A stretch of 62,762 nucleotides of DNA from NCBI GenBank assembly GCA_015055905.1, contig SVHI01000006.1:1-62762 (forward strand), written 5' to 3'. The notes beneath the pieces were generated by a model. That model worked only from the letters and a program-made list of their open reading frames with translations, ran no database searches and was not told where the DNA came from. This DNA comes from Clostridiales bacterium (lineage in GTDB: Bacteria; Bacillota; Clostridia; Christensenellales; UBA1242). This document shows, piece after piece, positions 1 to 10,117 of this stretch (positions within the stretch are counted from its first letter, which is position 1; each line of letters opens with the position of its first letter). Both the position numbers and the translations under genes were made by a program.

Positions 1-585
1 TATGGTTCAGGTGAAAGAGTTGTGCTCACACTTGGTTCAAACCTTACAGTAACATCACAAACAGCAAACTGTGTATACATTAAAGGAGCAGGAGCAAATC
101 TTGTAACAAGTGCAAACTTAACATCTCATAGTGTAAGATATGCAGCAATTCAAGGAAATGGAAACCTTTCAAGCAGAATTGAAAGCATTACAATCGCAGG
201 TGGTTTGGTTTATAGTGTATACAATCACGCAATCTATGCACCACAAACAGGAACAATCAATATTACTGGTGGAGAAATTAAGGGAACAACAGCCCTTTAT
301 GTAAAGAGCGGAAACGTTAATATTTCAGGTGGTAAATTTATTGCTACTGGTGTATATGGTGAATATGTTTACAATGGAAATGGTGGCTGTAACACAGGTG
401 ATGCTCTTGTAATTGACTCTTGTGGTTATCCAGGTGGATATCCAGTTGTAACAATCACTGGTGGAACATTTGAAGTTGCTGATTCAAAATCACACGGAAT
501 TGCTTATTACATTTATGACGGAAACAATGCTGTTGTAAATGCTCCAAATTATGCAATTTTCTGGCTTCCAGTTGCAGCTCAATAA
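1..585 (+). CDS. C-terminal part of a surface/secreted protein with beta-helix-like repeats (5'-truncated by the window)
   Basis: Frame open from base 1; repeated ITI/VxGG and GxxxIxGG motifs, Gly/Thr/Asn rich. Confidence 0.6.
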   Translation, partial: YGSGERVVLTLGSNLTVTSQTANCVYIKGAGANLVTSANLTSHSVRYAAIQGNGNLSSRIESITIAGGLVYSVYNHAIYAPQTGTINITGGEIKGTTALYVKSGNVNISGGKFIATGVYGEYVYNGNGGCNTGDALVIDSCGYPGGYPVVTITGGTFEVADSKSHGIAYYIYDGNNAVVNAPNYAIFWLPVAAQ

Positions 586-591
586 AATAAT

Positions 592-620
592 AAAAAGATG
601 GAATTTCTTCCATCTTTTTT
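592..620 (+). terminator. Intrinsic terminator
   Basis: AAAAAGATGGAA-tttc-TTCCATCTTTTT plus T tract after the stop. Confidence 0.8.
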
Positions 621-704
621 TGTGCCTAAAATCATAAGTTTTTTGGCTTTACATCTAGAAATGCGAGTGTTAGTGTGGTATAATTAAAGGGTAGGAGAAA
701 ACTT

Positions 705-1703
705 ATGGAAACATTGCTTGCAATCGATGGTGGTGGAACAAAAACTGAAGTTTTGCTTGCCACAACATCAGGAAAAGTTTTAGCGAAAAAAGTTTATGAC
801 GGAACAAACCTAAATAGTGTTGGTATTGAAAAGGCGTTTGGAATACTTGAAACTGCACTTATGGATTTTTCTGGCATTGCTCTTGAAAATGGTATGACAC
901 TTGCTGGCATCTATTTTGGTCTTGCCGGTGGCGTTAATGGAAACCATCAAGAACTTGTTTATAGTTATTTTAAAAACAAATATTTTAGAGACATTCCATT
1001 TTCGAATGCTGGCGACGACCTTAACTCTATTAACGTTGGTGTAAAAAACGCACCAAATGGCATTGCGGTTATTGCGGGAACTGGCTCGAATGTTATGCTC
1101 AAAAAAGACGGCTTTGTTCTTCCAAACCCACAACTTAGTGGTTGGGGATATTTGTTTGATAATGGTGCGAGCGGTTTTGATTTTGGCAGAGACGCAGTTC
1201 TTGCAGCAAAAGCGGAGTATAACGGAACAGGAAAACCAACCCTCATCACACAAATGCTTGAAACTAAACTTAAGAGTTCAGTGTTTGATTCACTTGAAGA
1301 AATTTATCAAAAAGGACCAAGATTTGTTGCAGGGCTTGCGCCTATTGTGTTTGATGCGTATCGCGCGGGCGACAGAGTTGCTGGGGAAATTATTTTGAAA
1401 CAAATTATGAATGTTGCAAATATGATTAACACTGGTCACGAAATTATTGGAAAAGAAAACGACGCAAAAGTTGGTCTTGTTGGTGGAATTTTTGCTCACG
1501 AAAAAACAATCTTTGAGCCAAATCTCAAAAAGATGATTTCGCCAAAACTTTCTATTGAATTTCCAAAAGAATCACAAATTTATGGTGCGTTGATGGAGGC
1601 TGCAAAAAACGCAGGCGTTTATGCCAATGACGAATTTTTGAAAAATTTCAATCAAACTTATGGTGCTCCAGTTTTGGACACTCCAGCATCACAAAAGGAA
1701 TAA
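705..1703 (+). CDS. BadF/BadG/BcrA/BcrD ATPase family, N-acetylglucosamine/MurNAc kinase-like
   Basis: IDGGGTKT, GLAG, IAGTGS and GWGYLFD motifs; RBS AGGAG. Confidence 0.85.
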   Translation: METLLAIDGGGTKTEVLLATTSGKVLAKKVYDGTNLNSVGIEKAFGILETALMDFSGIALENGMTLAGIYFGLAGGVNGNHQELVYSYFKNKYFRDIPFSNAGDDLNSINVGVKNAPNGIAVIAGTGSNVMLKKDGFVLPNPQLSGWGYLFDNGASGFDFGRDAVLAAKAEYNGTGKPTLITQMLETKLKSSVFDSLEEIYQKGPRFVAGLAPIVFDAYRAGDRVAGEIILKQIMNVANMINTGHEIIGKENDAKVGLVGGIFAHEKTIFEPNLKKMISPKLSIEFPKESQIYGALMEAAKNAGVYANDEFLKNFNQTYGAPVLDTPASQKE

Positions 1704-1828
1704 AATGAAGGCATATCGTGATAGATATGCCTTTTTTGATATAAATTTTAATAATTTTTGCGTTTTTGTTAAAACCATTTTGAGAAATTTTGTTTTGGGT
1801 GCTACAATTAAGTCGGGGAGTGATATTT

Positions 1829-2443
1829 ATGAGTGAAACTCAAGGAACAAAAAAGATTGGTGTATTTATTGCGAGGTTTCAACCTCTTCACAAGGCGCAC
1901 GTTTATGTGATTGAAAAGGCACTAAAAGAATGTGACAAGGTTGTGATTATGCTTGGCAGCAGCAATAAAGAAAATATGCCAAGAAATCCGTTCAACTTTA
2001 GGCTTAGAAAAGAGTTGTTGTCGGAGTCGCTCAGCAATAATCACGATATGACAAAAATACAAATCTATCAATTTCCTGATTGGTCGGAAGAAAATTTAGT
2101 GACTGACGACCACGTTTGGGGACACTATTTGTATTATAATATTGTTTCAAGAATCAATCAAAAAAACTTCACGCTTTATTATAGCGACAACCCAGACATT
2201 GTTAGGAATTGGTTTGATGATGAAGTTTCGAGATACATCTCATTTTGTTTTTTGAACAGACAAAAGGTTTTTGATGGGCTTTCTTCAACAAAGATTAGAG
2301 AGGCGCTATTAAACTTTACTGAAAAAGATAAAAAATATCTCTATAAGTTTTTGCCAGAAGCGGTTTTCGATAGGGTTGAAGAACTTAGAGATATTATTGT
2401 AAAGGTTCACAAAAACCCAAAGAAAGATTTTACAATGAAATAG
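1829..2443 (+). CDS. Cytidyltransferase-family nucleotidyltransferase, NMN adenylyltransferase (NadM-like)
   Basis: ARFQPLHKAH (HxGH-like), GSSN..RNPF, SSTKIR; ATG 1829 after GGGGAG. Confidence 0.8.
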   Translation: MSETQGTKKIGVFIARFQPLHKAHVYVIEKALKECDKVVIMLGSSNKENMPRNPFNFRLRKELLSESLSNNHDMTKIQIYQFPDWSEENLVTDDHVWGHYLYYNIVSRINQKNFTLYYSDNPDIVRNWFDDEVSRYISFCFLNRQKVFDGLSSTKIREALLNFTEKDKKYLYKFLPEAVFDRVEELRDIIVKVHKNPKKDFTMK

Positions 2444-2457
2444 AGGAGATAAAACTT

Positions 2458-3135
2458 ATGAATATGTTAGGTATGGCAATCGCTGCAAAGGGCTTAAATG
2501 AAATGTCTAGAAGAAGCGGCAGGGGCGGTGGATATTATGGTCCAAGTGAACCAACTGAAGAAGAGTATTTTTTAGGTGATTGTTTATCTATTATTAGGGA
2601 ATGTGCAAAAATGCCCGCAACTGAAGACACAATCATTCCTGTTTCAACAACAAGAAAAAGAACACGTGCTGAAAAGAAAAAGGGAGTTCCTAAAGAAGAA
2701 ACTCGTGAAATTTATATCGCACAAATCAATCCAAGAGGTGTGGGGTTTGAAGGAATTGAAACTCACACAGGTCTTTCACCGGTTATTGGTATGATTGATA
2801 ATGATAAAATGTTTGTTTATTCAACAAGCCCAGAGCATCTTGAGATTTTTGTTATTGAAGAATATGCTTATGACCATATGGGTGATTATTTCTATAGAAC
2901 TGGCAATGTTGCAAAAGACGGTCTCAGCCCAGACTTTGAAGAAATTAGAACAAAAATTGTTCGTGTTTATAATTCGAGAAGAGTTGAGCCACAAGCAGGA
3001 TTCACAACCAAGCCAGACCAAAAATCTTTCAGTGTTAGAGAAAATTGGATAAAGGTTGCTGACATCGTTGGAGCAAAGCGCAGAGCGTGCTTGGAAAGAA
3101 ATAAAGAACCAAATGCAGAGCAAATGGGTGAATAA
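2458..3135 (+). CDS. Hypothetical protein
   Basis: 225-aa ORF with RBS GAGGAG, directly behind the NadM-like gene; no family recognised. Confidence 0.7.
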   Translation: MNMLGMAIAAKGLNEMSRRSGRGGGYYGPSEPTEEEYFLGDCLSIIRECAKMPATEDTIIPVSTTRKRTRAEKKKGVPKEETREIYIAQINPRGVGFEGIETHTGLSPVIGMIDNDKMFVYSTSPEHLEIFVIEEYAYDHMGDYFYRTGNVAKDGLSPDFEEIRTKIVRVYNSRRVEPQAGFTTKPDQKSFSVRENWIKVADIVGAKRRACLERNKEPNAEQMGE

Positions 3136-3148
3136 AAATTTAAAAATA

Positions 3149-3178
3149 AAAAAGACATACCGTGTGGTATGTCTTTTT
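3149..3178. terminator. Bidirectional terminator between convergent genes
   Basis: AAAAAGACATACC-gtgt-GGTATGTCTTTTT. Confidence 0.85.
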
Positions 3179-3189
3179 GTTTGTCCTTA

Positions 3190-3702
3190 TTATTGTTTTT
3201 GTGATGCTCTTGCGGCTTCGATTGCTTTGAGTTCTTCAAGTGATTTTGAAAGAAGTTCTCTGTTTTCTTCCATAAGAGCGATGTTAATTTTGTATGATGG
3301 CAAGTTTGTTGAAAGGTCATTTTGAACATTAAAATATTCAAGGTCGTGACAGATTTCTTCAAACTCTTGCGCTTCCATTTCACTTTGTGGGTTCAAGTAT
3401 CTTGACATTGCTGAATAAAGGAATTCACCTTGATTGTTATATTCTTCGCCTTTAGCACAGTCTAAGCATCTTTCAATAACTTCAATTCCAAGTGTTTTTG
3501 TGTCAGCCTCTTCTGGTGAAAGTGTTGTTCTTGTTGAAAATTTGAACAACAAGTCGCCGCGTTTGAAAACTGCATATTCAACATAGTCTGGGTTTGGATT
3601 GTGTGCGCCTCTGTCGTGTCCTCTAGAAACTTTTTTAACCAAGCAAATGTCATTTTTATCTAAAACATCTCTTGCTTCTTTTTCAATTAAAATTTGTGGC
3701 AT
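3190..3702 (-). CDS. Hypothetical protein
   Basis: 170-aa ORF with RBS AGGGAGG; coiled-coil-like C-terminus. Confidence 0.7.
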   Translation of the reverse strand: MPQILIEKEARDVLDKNDICLVKKVSRGHDRGAHNPNPDYVEYAVFKRGDLLFKFSTRTTLSPEEADTKTLGIEVIERCLDCAKGEEYNNQGEFLYSAMSRYLNPQSEMEAQEFEEICHDLEYFNVQNDLSTNLPSYKINIALMEENRELLSKSLEELKAIEAARASQKQ

Positions 3703-3848
3703 ATTTTTGCCCTCCCTTGATTTATTGCATAATAATTATATCATTAAATAACTCGCTTGTAAATAGGGAATTTTAAATTTGTTGCGAGTCTAGGTAGTTG
3801 CCAAAAGTGAAACTTTATGTTATTATCTTGAAGAAATAAAGAGGTGTT

Positions 3849-4478
3849 ATGTTTAAGTTTGTTAAAGCAAAGTCGTGCATAATTATATCCTTAAGTTGCA
3901 TTTTTATGGCTTTTGGAATTTATAATGTTCATTCGCTCTCTGGAGTAACAGAGGGTGGTGTTTTGGGTGCAACACTTTTGCTTGATAATTGGTTAGGTTT
4001 GAGCCCTGCGATTTCAACCATTGTCTTGAACATAATTTGTTATTTTGTTGGCTGGAAAGTTCTTGGAAAAGAATTCTTGTTCTATTCGGGTTTTGGAACA
4101 ATCGTTTATTCGGTTTCTTATGGTGTGTTTGAAATGATTGGTCCTGTATTTCCAGGGATTGCTAACTTGCCGTTAGTTGCCGCACTTGTTGGTGCAATTT
4201 TTGTGGGTGTTGGTGCAGGTTTCTGCGTTAGAGAACAATGTGCGCTTGGAGGTGACGATGCACTTGCGATGGCAATTTCAAAACTTACAAAAATTCGTAT
4301 CCAATGGCTCTATCTTGTCAGCGACTTGACCGTTTTGTTGTTGTCGCTCACATATATTCCGCTTTCAAAGATTGTTTATTCGGTTTTAACTGTAATTATT
4401 TCTGGACAAATTATAGGCTTTATTGAAAGGTTTGGAAAGAAAGAAGAAACAAAAAATCAAAATAAAGAAAAAGTTTAA
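3849..4478 (+). CDS. YitT/DUF161 family membrane protein
   Basis: TEGGVLG, GVGAGFC..GGDDALA motifs, multiple TM segments. Confidence 0.85.
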   Translation: MFKFVKAKSCIIISLSCIFMAFGIYNVHSLSGVTEGGVLGATLLLDNWLGLSPAISTIVLNIICYFVGWKVLGKEFLFYSGFGTIVYSVSYGVFEMIGPVFPGIANLPLVAALVGAIFVGVGAGFCVREQCALGGDDALAMAISKLTKIRIQWLYLVSDLTVLLLSLTYIPLSKIVYSVLTVIISGQIIGFIERFGKKEETKNQNKEKV

Positions 4479-4651
4479 AGATAGCCTGCTGGGGCTGTCT
4501 TTTTTTGCCTAAAAAAGGTTGTTTGTTTAGGGTTCAAAATTTGCGAAATTTAGGGCAAATTTTCAAGGTTTTTGATTTGTTGACAAATAAAAATTAACTA
4601 TATAGAATGAAACTAGGCACTAATCTTTTAGTAAAAAAGGGGGTATTTTTT

Positions 4652-5659
4652 ATGGAAAAATTAAGAGTTGGTGTTATCGGTTGCGGCCGAATTTCTGTTA
4701 GACATTTTTTGCCGATAAAGGCAATAGAAGAACTTGAACTTGTGGCTTGTTGTGACAATAAACCAGAGCGCGCGGATGCGGCAGCAAAGGAATATGGAAT
4801 TAAAGCATATTATTCTTATGAAGAAATGATTGAAAACGAAAACCTTGATGTGGTTCACTTGTGTTTGCCACACTATCTTCACTCAAAAGTTGCTATCTTT
4901 GCGTTTGAGCACGGCGTTAACGTTCTCACTGAAAAGCCTATGGACGTTGATTATGAAAGTGCAAAAAGAGCGGTTGATTTTGCTAAAGAGAAAAATTTAA
5001 TGTTTGGAGTAATTTTTCAATGTCGTTACACCGAACCTGCAAAGCTTGTAAAAAAAGCCGTTCAAAGTGGAAAACTTGGCAAAATTTTATCGGTTCGTTC
5101 AGTTCTCACTTGGAATCGTTCAGATGATTATTATGACAGCAGTGACTGGAAGGGCACTTGGGACAAAGAGGGTGGCGGCGTTGTTATTGACCAAGCGATT
5201 CACTCTATTGACCTTGTGAACTGGATGGTGGATAGCGAGGTTGAAAGTATTAGTTGTTCTATGCACAACCACGGACACAAAAAAGTTAATGTTGAAGACA
5301 CCGCTGAAGGACTTATAACTTATAAAAATGGCACCAAATATGGCTTTTATTGTATGAATAACTATTCAGCAGATGAGCCAATAGAAATTAGAATGGTATG
5401 TGAAAAAGGCAAGGTTGTGTTTGGTTATCACGACGCATTGATTACTTATAACGACGGAACCACAGAAGACGCTCACGAAGAACAAGTTAAAAAAGCTGAT
5501 GGTGGAAAAGATTATTGGGGTTCTTGGCATATTCGCCAAATTCGTCAATTCTACAACGCTTTGCAAGGCAGAGAAGAACTTGAAATTAGCGGTGAAGAGG
5601 CTCTTAAAATTCACAAACTTATTATGGATATTTATGAAGTTGGCGGAATGAAAAAGTAA
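4652..5659 (+). CDS. Gfo/Idh/MocA family oxidoreductase
   Basis: GVIGCGRI, EKPM, GGGVVIDQAIHSID. Confidence 0.9.
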   Translation: MEKLRVGVIGCGRISVRHFLPIKAIEELELVACCDNKPERADAAAKEYGIKAYYSYEEMIENENLDVVHLCLPHYLHSKVAIFAFEHGVNVLTEKPMDVDYESAKRAVDFAKEKNLMFGVIFQCRYTEPAKLVKKAVQSGKLGKILSVRSVLTWNRSDDYYDSSDWKGTWDKEGGGVVIDQAIHSIDLVNWMVDSEVESISCSMHNHGHKKVNVEDTAEGLITYKNGTKYGFYCMNNYSADEPIEIRMVCEKGKVVFGYHDALITYNDGTTEDAHEEQVKKADGGKDYWGSWHIRQIRQFYNALQGREELEISGEEALKIHKLIMDIYEVGGMKK

Positions 5660-5730
5660 AATAAAAGGCAGGGGACACCTGTCTTTTTTTGTTGAATTTT
5701 GTAAAAAGTTTGCGGGACCTTTTTATTTAT

Positions 5731-5760
5731 TTGACAAAATGCTCGGGGGGGGGGTATGAT
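5731..5760 (+). promoter_or_regulatory. Sigma-A promoter with G10 homopolymer in the spacer
   Basis: TTGACA (5731-36), 18-bp spacer ending in G10 (5745-54), TATGAT (5755-60). Confidence 0.75.
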
Positions 5761-5803
5761 TTAATCAGCGAAAAGCAAAAATTTTTATAAAGGAGAAAAG
5801 AGT

Positions 5804-6700
5804 ATGAAAAACAAATTTATGCGTGGACTTTTGGCAGTTTGTATGGCTTTCACTTGCGTGTTCGGTTTAGCAGCTTGTGGCGAAGACCCAGCAGACCCAC
5901 CAGCAACCCCAGCAGCCCCTGCAATGACATTTACTGTTAATGAAGAGGTTGTTGCTGATGCAAGTGATGTTATGGCTGACCTTAAAATGATTCATAACAA
6001 CTTCCCATCAGAAAACACAGAATTCACATTAGAGGAAATGCTTGCAGATTCACAATTCCAAGCATTCCCAGGATTTAGTGAATTCACTTATTATGTCGAG
6101 ATTGGAACAGTTGCAAACGTTACTAGCGTTGACTCAATCACAGTTGGTTCAAAATTCCTTAAAGACCAAACATTTGAATTGTCAATCGGTAGAAACAACC
6201 ACCTCACAGCAAAAGTTTATTATGTAGAAGATAATAAAGTTTATGTTGCTGCTCCAGTTGTTGTTTTCGAAGCTGTAAACCTTGCTGAAATCAAAATCAA
6301 TGATACAAAATTTGATGTTGACACAGAACTCACAGCAGTTGCAGGTGAAGTTGAAACAATCGCTTTCGAAACAGCAAGCAGCACAGTTGCAGCTGGCGAA
6401 AATGCAGGCGAATATGACGTTGTTGTTAAAGAAGCAAACAACCCAATCTTGCTCACATTTGATGGTGTGACATCAGAAGATTTCGTAGTTGTTAAGAAAG
6501 TTATCGGTGATGAAGTTTCTTATGCTATTTCTGAAGTTAGAGCATCTAACAAATTGGCTGTTTATCCAGTTCCATATAGTGCTGACCCATTAACAGAAGC
6601 TTATGATGCTTATAACGGCACAACAAGAGAATATTCAATCTATGTTCTTGATGGAAGTGTTTACACAATCACATTAAACATTGAAGTTGACCGTACTTAA
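5804..6700 (+). CDS. Lipoprotein of unknown function
   Basis: Signal peptide with lipobox LAAC, Pro/Ala linker, acidic beta-rich body. Confidence 0.8.
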   Translation: MKNKFMRGLLAVCMAFTCVFGLAACGEDPADPPATPAAPAMTFTVNEEVVADASDVMADLKMIHNNFPSENTEFTLEEMLADSQFQAFPGFSEFTYYVEIGTVANVTSVDSITVGSKFLKDQTFELSIGRNNHLTAKVYYVEDNKVYVAAPVVVFEAVNLAEIKINDTKFDVDTELTAVAGEVETIAFETASSTVAAGENAGEYDVVVKEANNPILLTFDGVTSEDFVVVKKVIGDEVSYAISEVRASNKLAVYPVPYSADPLTEAYDAYNGTTREYSIYVLDGSVYTITLNIEVDRT

Positions 6701-6795
6701 TCAATTTCGAAAAAAAAGTCCTATTAGGGTGACCTAATAGGACTTTTCTTTACAATGAAATTGTGTTTATATTTTTGTTGTGATATAATAAAATT

Positions 6796-7281
6796 ATGAA
6801 TATTAGAAGATATGAAATTGGTGATAGAGAAAAGGTAAAACAGTTGCTTATTGAACTTCAAGAGTATGTTGTTGAGATTGACAAATTTCAACTCAACACG
6901 ATTGCGGCGTCTTATCGTGAAGATTATTTTAAGTATATGATGAGAGACTGCGAATTGAGTCAAGGCAGAATTTTTGTTGCGGAAGAAGACAAAAAGATTG
7001 TTGGCTTTATTGCGGGACACGTTCAAACATACACAGAAAGAGACAAACTTGATTACATTTGCCCTAAAAAAGGTGTTATTGCGGAACTTATTGTCAGCAA
7101 AGATTCAAGGAGCAAAGGCACAGGAAAACTTCTTCTTGATAAAATGGAAGAATATTTCAAATCTATTGATTGCGAGTTTATTCAATTAGATGTGTTTGCT
7201 TATAACGATGTTGCAAAAAAATTCTACGCAAAAAATGATTATGAAGAAAGAATGACGACATTGTTTAAGAAACTAAAATAG
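6796..7281 (+). CDS. GNAT family N-acetyltransferase
   Basis: RSKGTGKLL acetyl-CoA motif, NDVAKKFY. Confidence 0.9.
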   Translation: MNIRRYEIGDREKVKQLLIELQEYVVEIDKFQLNTIAASYREDYFKYMMRDCELSQGRIFVAEEDKKIVGFIAGHVQTYTERDKLDYICPKKGVIAELIVSKDSRSKGTGKLLLDKMEEYFKSIDCEFIQLDVFAYNDVAKKFYAKNDYEERMTTLFKKLK

Positions 7282-7313
7282 ATTTGTGTCTATAATTTTA
7301 TTTGGAGATAAAA

Positions 7314-8195
7314 ATGGAGAAGGCAAAGGTTTATTTTACAAAAAACATCACACCTGAAGCGGTTGTTGAGATATACAAAAAACTTAATGCAAACCTTGAT
7401 GGACGAGTTGCGGTTAAACTTCACTCCGGCGAAAAGGGAAATCAAAACTATATTAAGCCAGAATTTGTTAAGCCAATTATTGACTTTGTTAAAGGAACCG
7501 TGGTTGAATGCAACACCGCATATCCAGGTGCAAGGAACACCACTGAAAAACATAAGACGCTTATGAAAGAACATAGGTGGGCAGACTTTTTTGATGTGGA
7601 TATTTTGGATGAAAGCGGCGACCTTGTGTTAGAAATTCCAAACGGAAAGGTTCTTGATAAAAACTATGTTGGAAAAAATCTTGAAAACTATGATTCAATG
7701 CTTGTGTTGTCTCATTTTAAAGGGCACCCAATGGGTGGCTATGGTGGGGCAATCAAACAACTTTCAATAGGTTGTGCATCGTCAGCAGGCAAGTGTTGGA
7801 TTCACTCTGCGGGGGCAACAACTGAGCAGTCTAAAGTATGGAAATTGAAAAACGACCAAACGAAATTTTTAGAGTCTATGGCAGACTCTGCTGGTTCGAT
7901 TGTTGAATATTTCAAAGATAAGGTTGCATTCATAAACATTATGTGCAATTTGTCAGTTGATTGCGATTGTTGTGCGGTTGCTGAAGACCCTTGTATGAAT
8001 GATATTGGAATTTTGGCGTCGCTTGACCCTGTTGCGGTTGACCAAGCGTGCATTGATTTGGTTTATAATTCAACCGACAGCGGAAGAGACCATTTGGTTG
8101 AAAGAATTGAAAGCAGAAATGGTCTTCACACAATCGAAGCCGCAGTTGCTCTTGGCATTGGTTCAAAAGATTATGAACTTATTAATATTGACTAA
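7314..8195 (+). CDS. DUF362 domain Fe-S protein
   Basis: VAVKLHSGE, SHFKGHPMGGYGGAIKQ, CDCC, SLDPVAVDQAC. Confidence 0.85.
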   Translation: MEKAKVYFTKNITPEAVVEIYKKLNANLDGRVAVKLHSGEKGNQNYIKPEFVKPIIDFVKGTVVECNTAYPGARNTTEKHKTLMKEHRWADFFDVDILDESGDLVLEIPNGKVLDKNYVGKNLENYDSMLVLSHFKGHPMGGYGGAIKQLSIGCASSAGKCWIHSAGATTEQSKVWKLKNDQTKFLESMADSAGSIVEYFKDKVAFINIMCNLSVDCDCCAVAEDPCMNDIGILASLDPVAVDQACIDLVYNSTDSGRDHLVERIESRNGLHTIEAAVALGIGSKDYELINID

Positions 8196-8227
8196 AAAAA
8201 GACATACCATTTGGTATGTCTTTTTTT
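8195..8227. terminator. Bidirectional terminator
   Basis: A7-GACATACC-attt-GGTATGTC-T7. Confidence 0.85.
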
Positions 8228-8232
8228 GATGT

Positions 8233-9240
8233 TTAAATTACAATAAGTGCGGCAACTACTACTAGAATTGCGTTTATTACAAAAGAAATGATATTTTTCT
8301 TTTTTGAACTGTTGCGAATTTTAGAAATTTGTTGTCTTACATTTGCTTTTTTTGCATTGCTGCCAATTTGCACTTCTGGATAAGATACGAAATCTTTAAT
8401 GTTATCAACATTCTCGAGTGATTTTTTGTATGAATCATAAACCACAGTTTGTTTTGGATTGATTAGCGAATAAAGTTTCATAAGTCTAAATGGTGGTATG
8501 ATTACATTCAAAAAGAAACTTAAAACAACATAGGCTGGTATTAGCCACAATCTATATTGATGCACATTAAGTTGAGGAATGTAAATGTTCAATACGACAG
8601 CCGCTGCGATAAGCAAAATTGCGGTGATTGGGAATGAAATGTAGAGGGTTGAATTGTATTTAATTTTGTTTCTCTTTGTGATAATTTCACTTAATCTTGG
8701 TTGCAATGAATGGAAGAGTGATAAAATATACTCTTTTAATGTGGTTACTTCAGCCTCTGCGTTTGAACCAGAGATGTTATAAGACACATACTCTTCTGCG
8801 AACCTAACATAAACGTCTTGTTCAATTCTGTTTGCTGGGTCAAAAGTGTAGTCGTCGGCTTTGTAATATTTTTTATAAGTTATGTGCATATTGATTGAAA
8901 CTGATTCAATAATAGCAAATCCGTGGTGGGTTAGGGAACTTAAGAACTCGTCCACTGGTTTGTTGGTGTAACTAGAGCCGTCTTTGTAGTTAATATCCAC
9001 AGTTAAAGTTGCATAGTCGCGCTTATTGTGGAACTCTTTTCTAACAAATTCTGGATAGTTGTCAGGGTAGTTTAGTTCTTGACGTTTTTGTGACCAAGCC
9101 TTATATTCATTTTCTTCTTCTTGAATAAGAGCCTCAGTGGCTTCAAAGTCTTTTTGTTTATCCAAAAAATAATCGTTTAAATAATTAACTATTTTAATAA
9201 TATCATTTTGTTCAACAATGACGTTTTTAATTTCTTCCAT
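8233..9240 (-). CDS. Hypothetical membrane protein
   Basis: 335 aa, soluble N-terminus plus three C-terminal hydrophobic segments; RBS GAGG. Confidence 0.7.
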   Translation of the reverse strand: MEEIKNVIVEQNDIIKIVNYLNDYFLDKQKDFEATEALIQEEENEYKAWSQKRQELNYPDNYPEFVRKEFHNKRDYATLTVDINYKDGSSYTNKPVDEFLSSLTHHGFAIIESVSINMHITYKKYYKADDYTFDPANRIEQDVYVRFAEEYVSYNISGSNAEAEVTTLKEYILSLFHSLQPRLSEIITKRNKIKYNSTLYISFPITAILLIAAAVVLNIYIPQLNVHQYRLWLIPAYVVLSFFLNVIIPPFRLMKLYSLINPKQTVVYDSYKKSLENVDNIKDFVSYPEVQIGSNAKKANVRQQISKIRNSSKKKNIISFVINAILVVVAALIVI

Positions 9241-9328
9241 AAAATAATTCCTCTTGATGTTATAAATATAGCATCTAAACGAAAAATAGGCAAACCAAAT
9301 TTCCTTTTAACGAGAATTTAACGAAAGA

Positions 9329-9359
9329 AAAAAGAGAACCGAACTTCGGTTCTCTTTTT
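9329..9359 (-). terminator. Terminator after tRNA
   Basis: AAAAAGAGAACCGAA/TTCGGTTCTCTTTTT inverted repeat. Confidence 0.8.
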
Positions 9360-9362
9360 GAT

Positions 9363-9438
9363 TGGTTGCGGGGGGAGGACTCGAACCTCCGACCTTTGGG
9401 TTATGAGCCCAACGAGCTGCCAACTGCTCTACCCCGCG
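9363..9438 (-). tRNA. tRNA-Met(CAT), initiator (fMet) type
   Basis: CGCGGGG 5' end with C1:A72 mismatch, GGG/CCC anticodon stem, CTCATAA loop, GGTTCGAGTCC T-arm, encoded CCA. Confidence 0.97.
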
Positions 9439-9574
9439 ATATAGGTCTTTTGTTTTTACAACATAATTATATTACACTAATTTAATTTTTATGTCAATAG
9501 TATGACAAGAAAATTTTTATTTTTTGAATAGGGTAGGGTTTAAAATAAAAAAAGGAAGAACGTTTTGTTCTTCC

Positions 9575-10099
9575 TTAAATCATTCTAAGTTTGATTTCGT
9601 TTGTTTTGAGAGTTTCAGGAACATTGATTATTCTTTGGTTTGATGAGCCTCTAAACTTGAGTGACAAGTTTTTAAGGTCTTCAACAAATTCGCCGTCAAC
9701 CAAGGTGTCGATGTATGAAAGCATTTCGTCGGTGTGTTCGCATCTTGCTCTGCTTTCTTTTAAAAGCTCGTTGTCTAAAGTATAGCCTGAATAACACCAG
9801 ATGTTTTTTGTGTCGCCGTAGGTTTCACGAACACGGCGAAGGAGTTTTACAAGTTCGGCTTGGTTTTGTGGTTCCATTGGCTCTCCGCCAAGCAAGGTTA
9901 AACCCTTAATATAGCTAGGTTTAAGCATTTCAATTATTTGGTCTTCAGTTTCTTTTGTGTATTGTTTGCCATAACAAAAGTTCCAAGTTTCAGGGTTGAA
10001 ACAGTTTTTGCAGTGATGTGTGCAACCCGAAACAAAGAGAGACACTCTAACGCCTTCGCCGTTTGCTATATCAGTATTTTTAATCTCGCCGTAATACAT
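9575..10099 (-). CDS. nrdG: Anaerobic ribonucleotide reductase activating protein (radical SAM)
   Basis: NGEGVRVSLFVSGCTHHCKNC, GGEP, FRGSSNQR; follows nrdD. Confidence 0.95.
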   Translation of the reverse strand: MYYGEIKNTDIANGEGVRVSLFVSGCTHHCKNCFNPETWNFCYGKQYTKETEDQIIEMLKPSYIKGLTLLGGEPMEPQNQAELVKLLRRVRETYGDTKNIWCYSGYTLDNELLKESRARCEHTDEMLSYIDTLVDGEFVEDLKNLSLKFRGSSNQRIINVPETLKTNEIKLRMI

Positions 10100-10117
10100 A
10101 GGTTTGCTCCTTTATTA

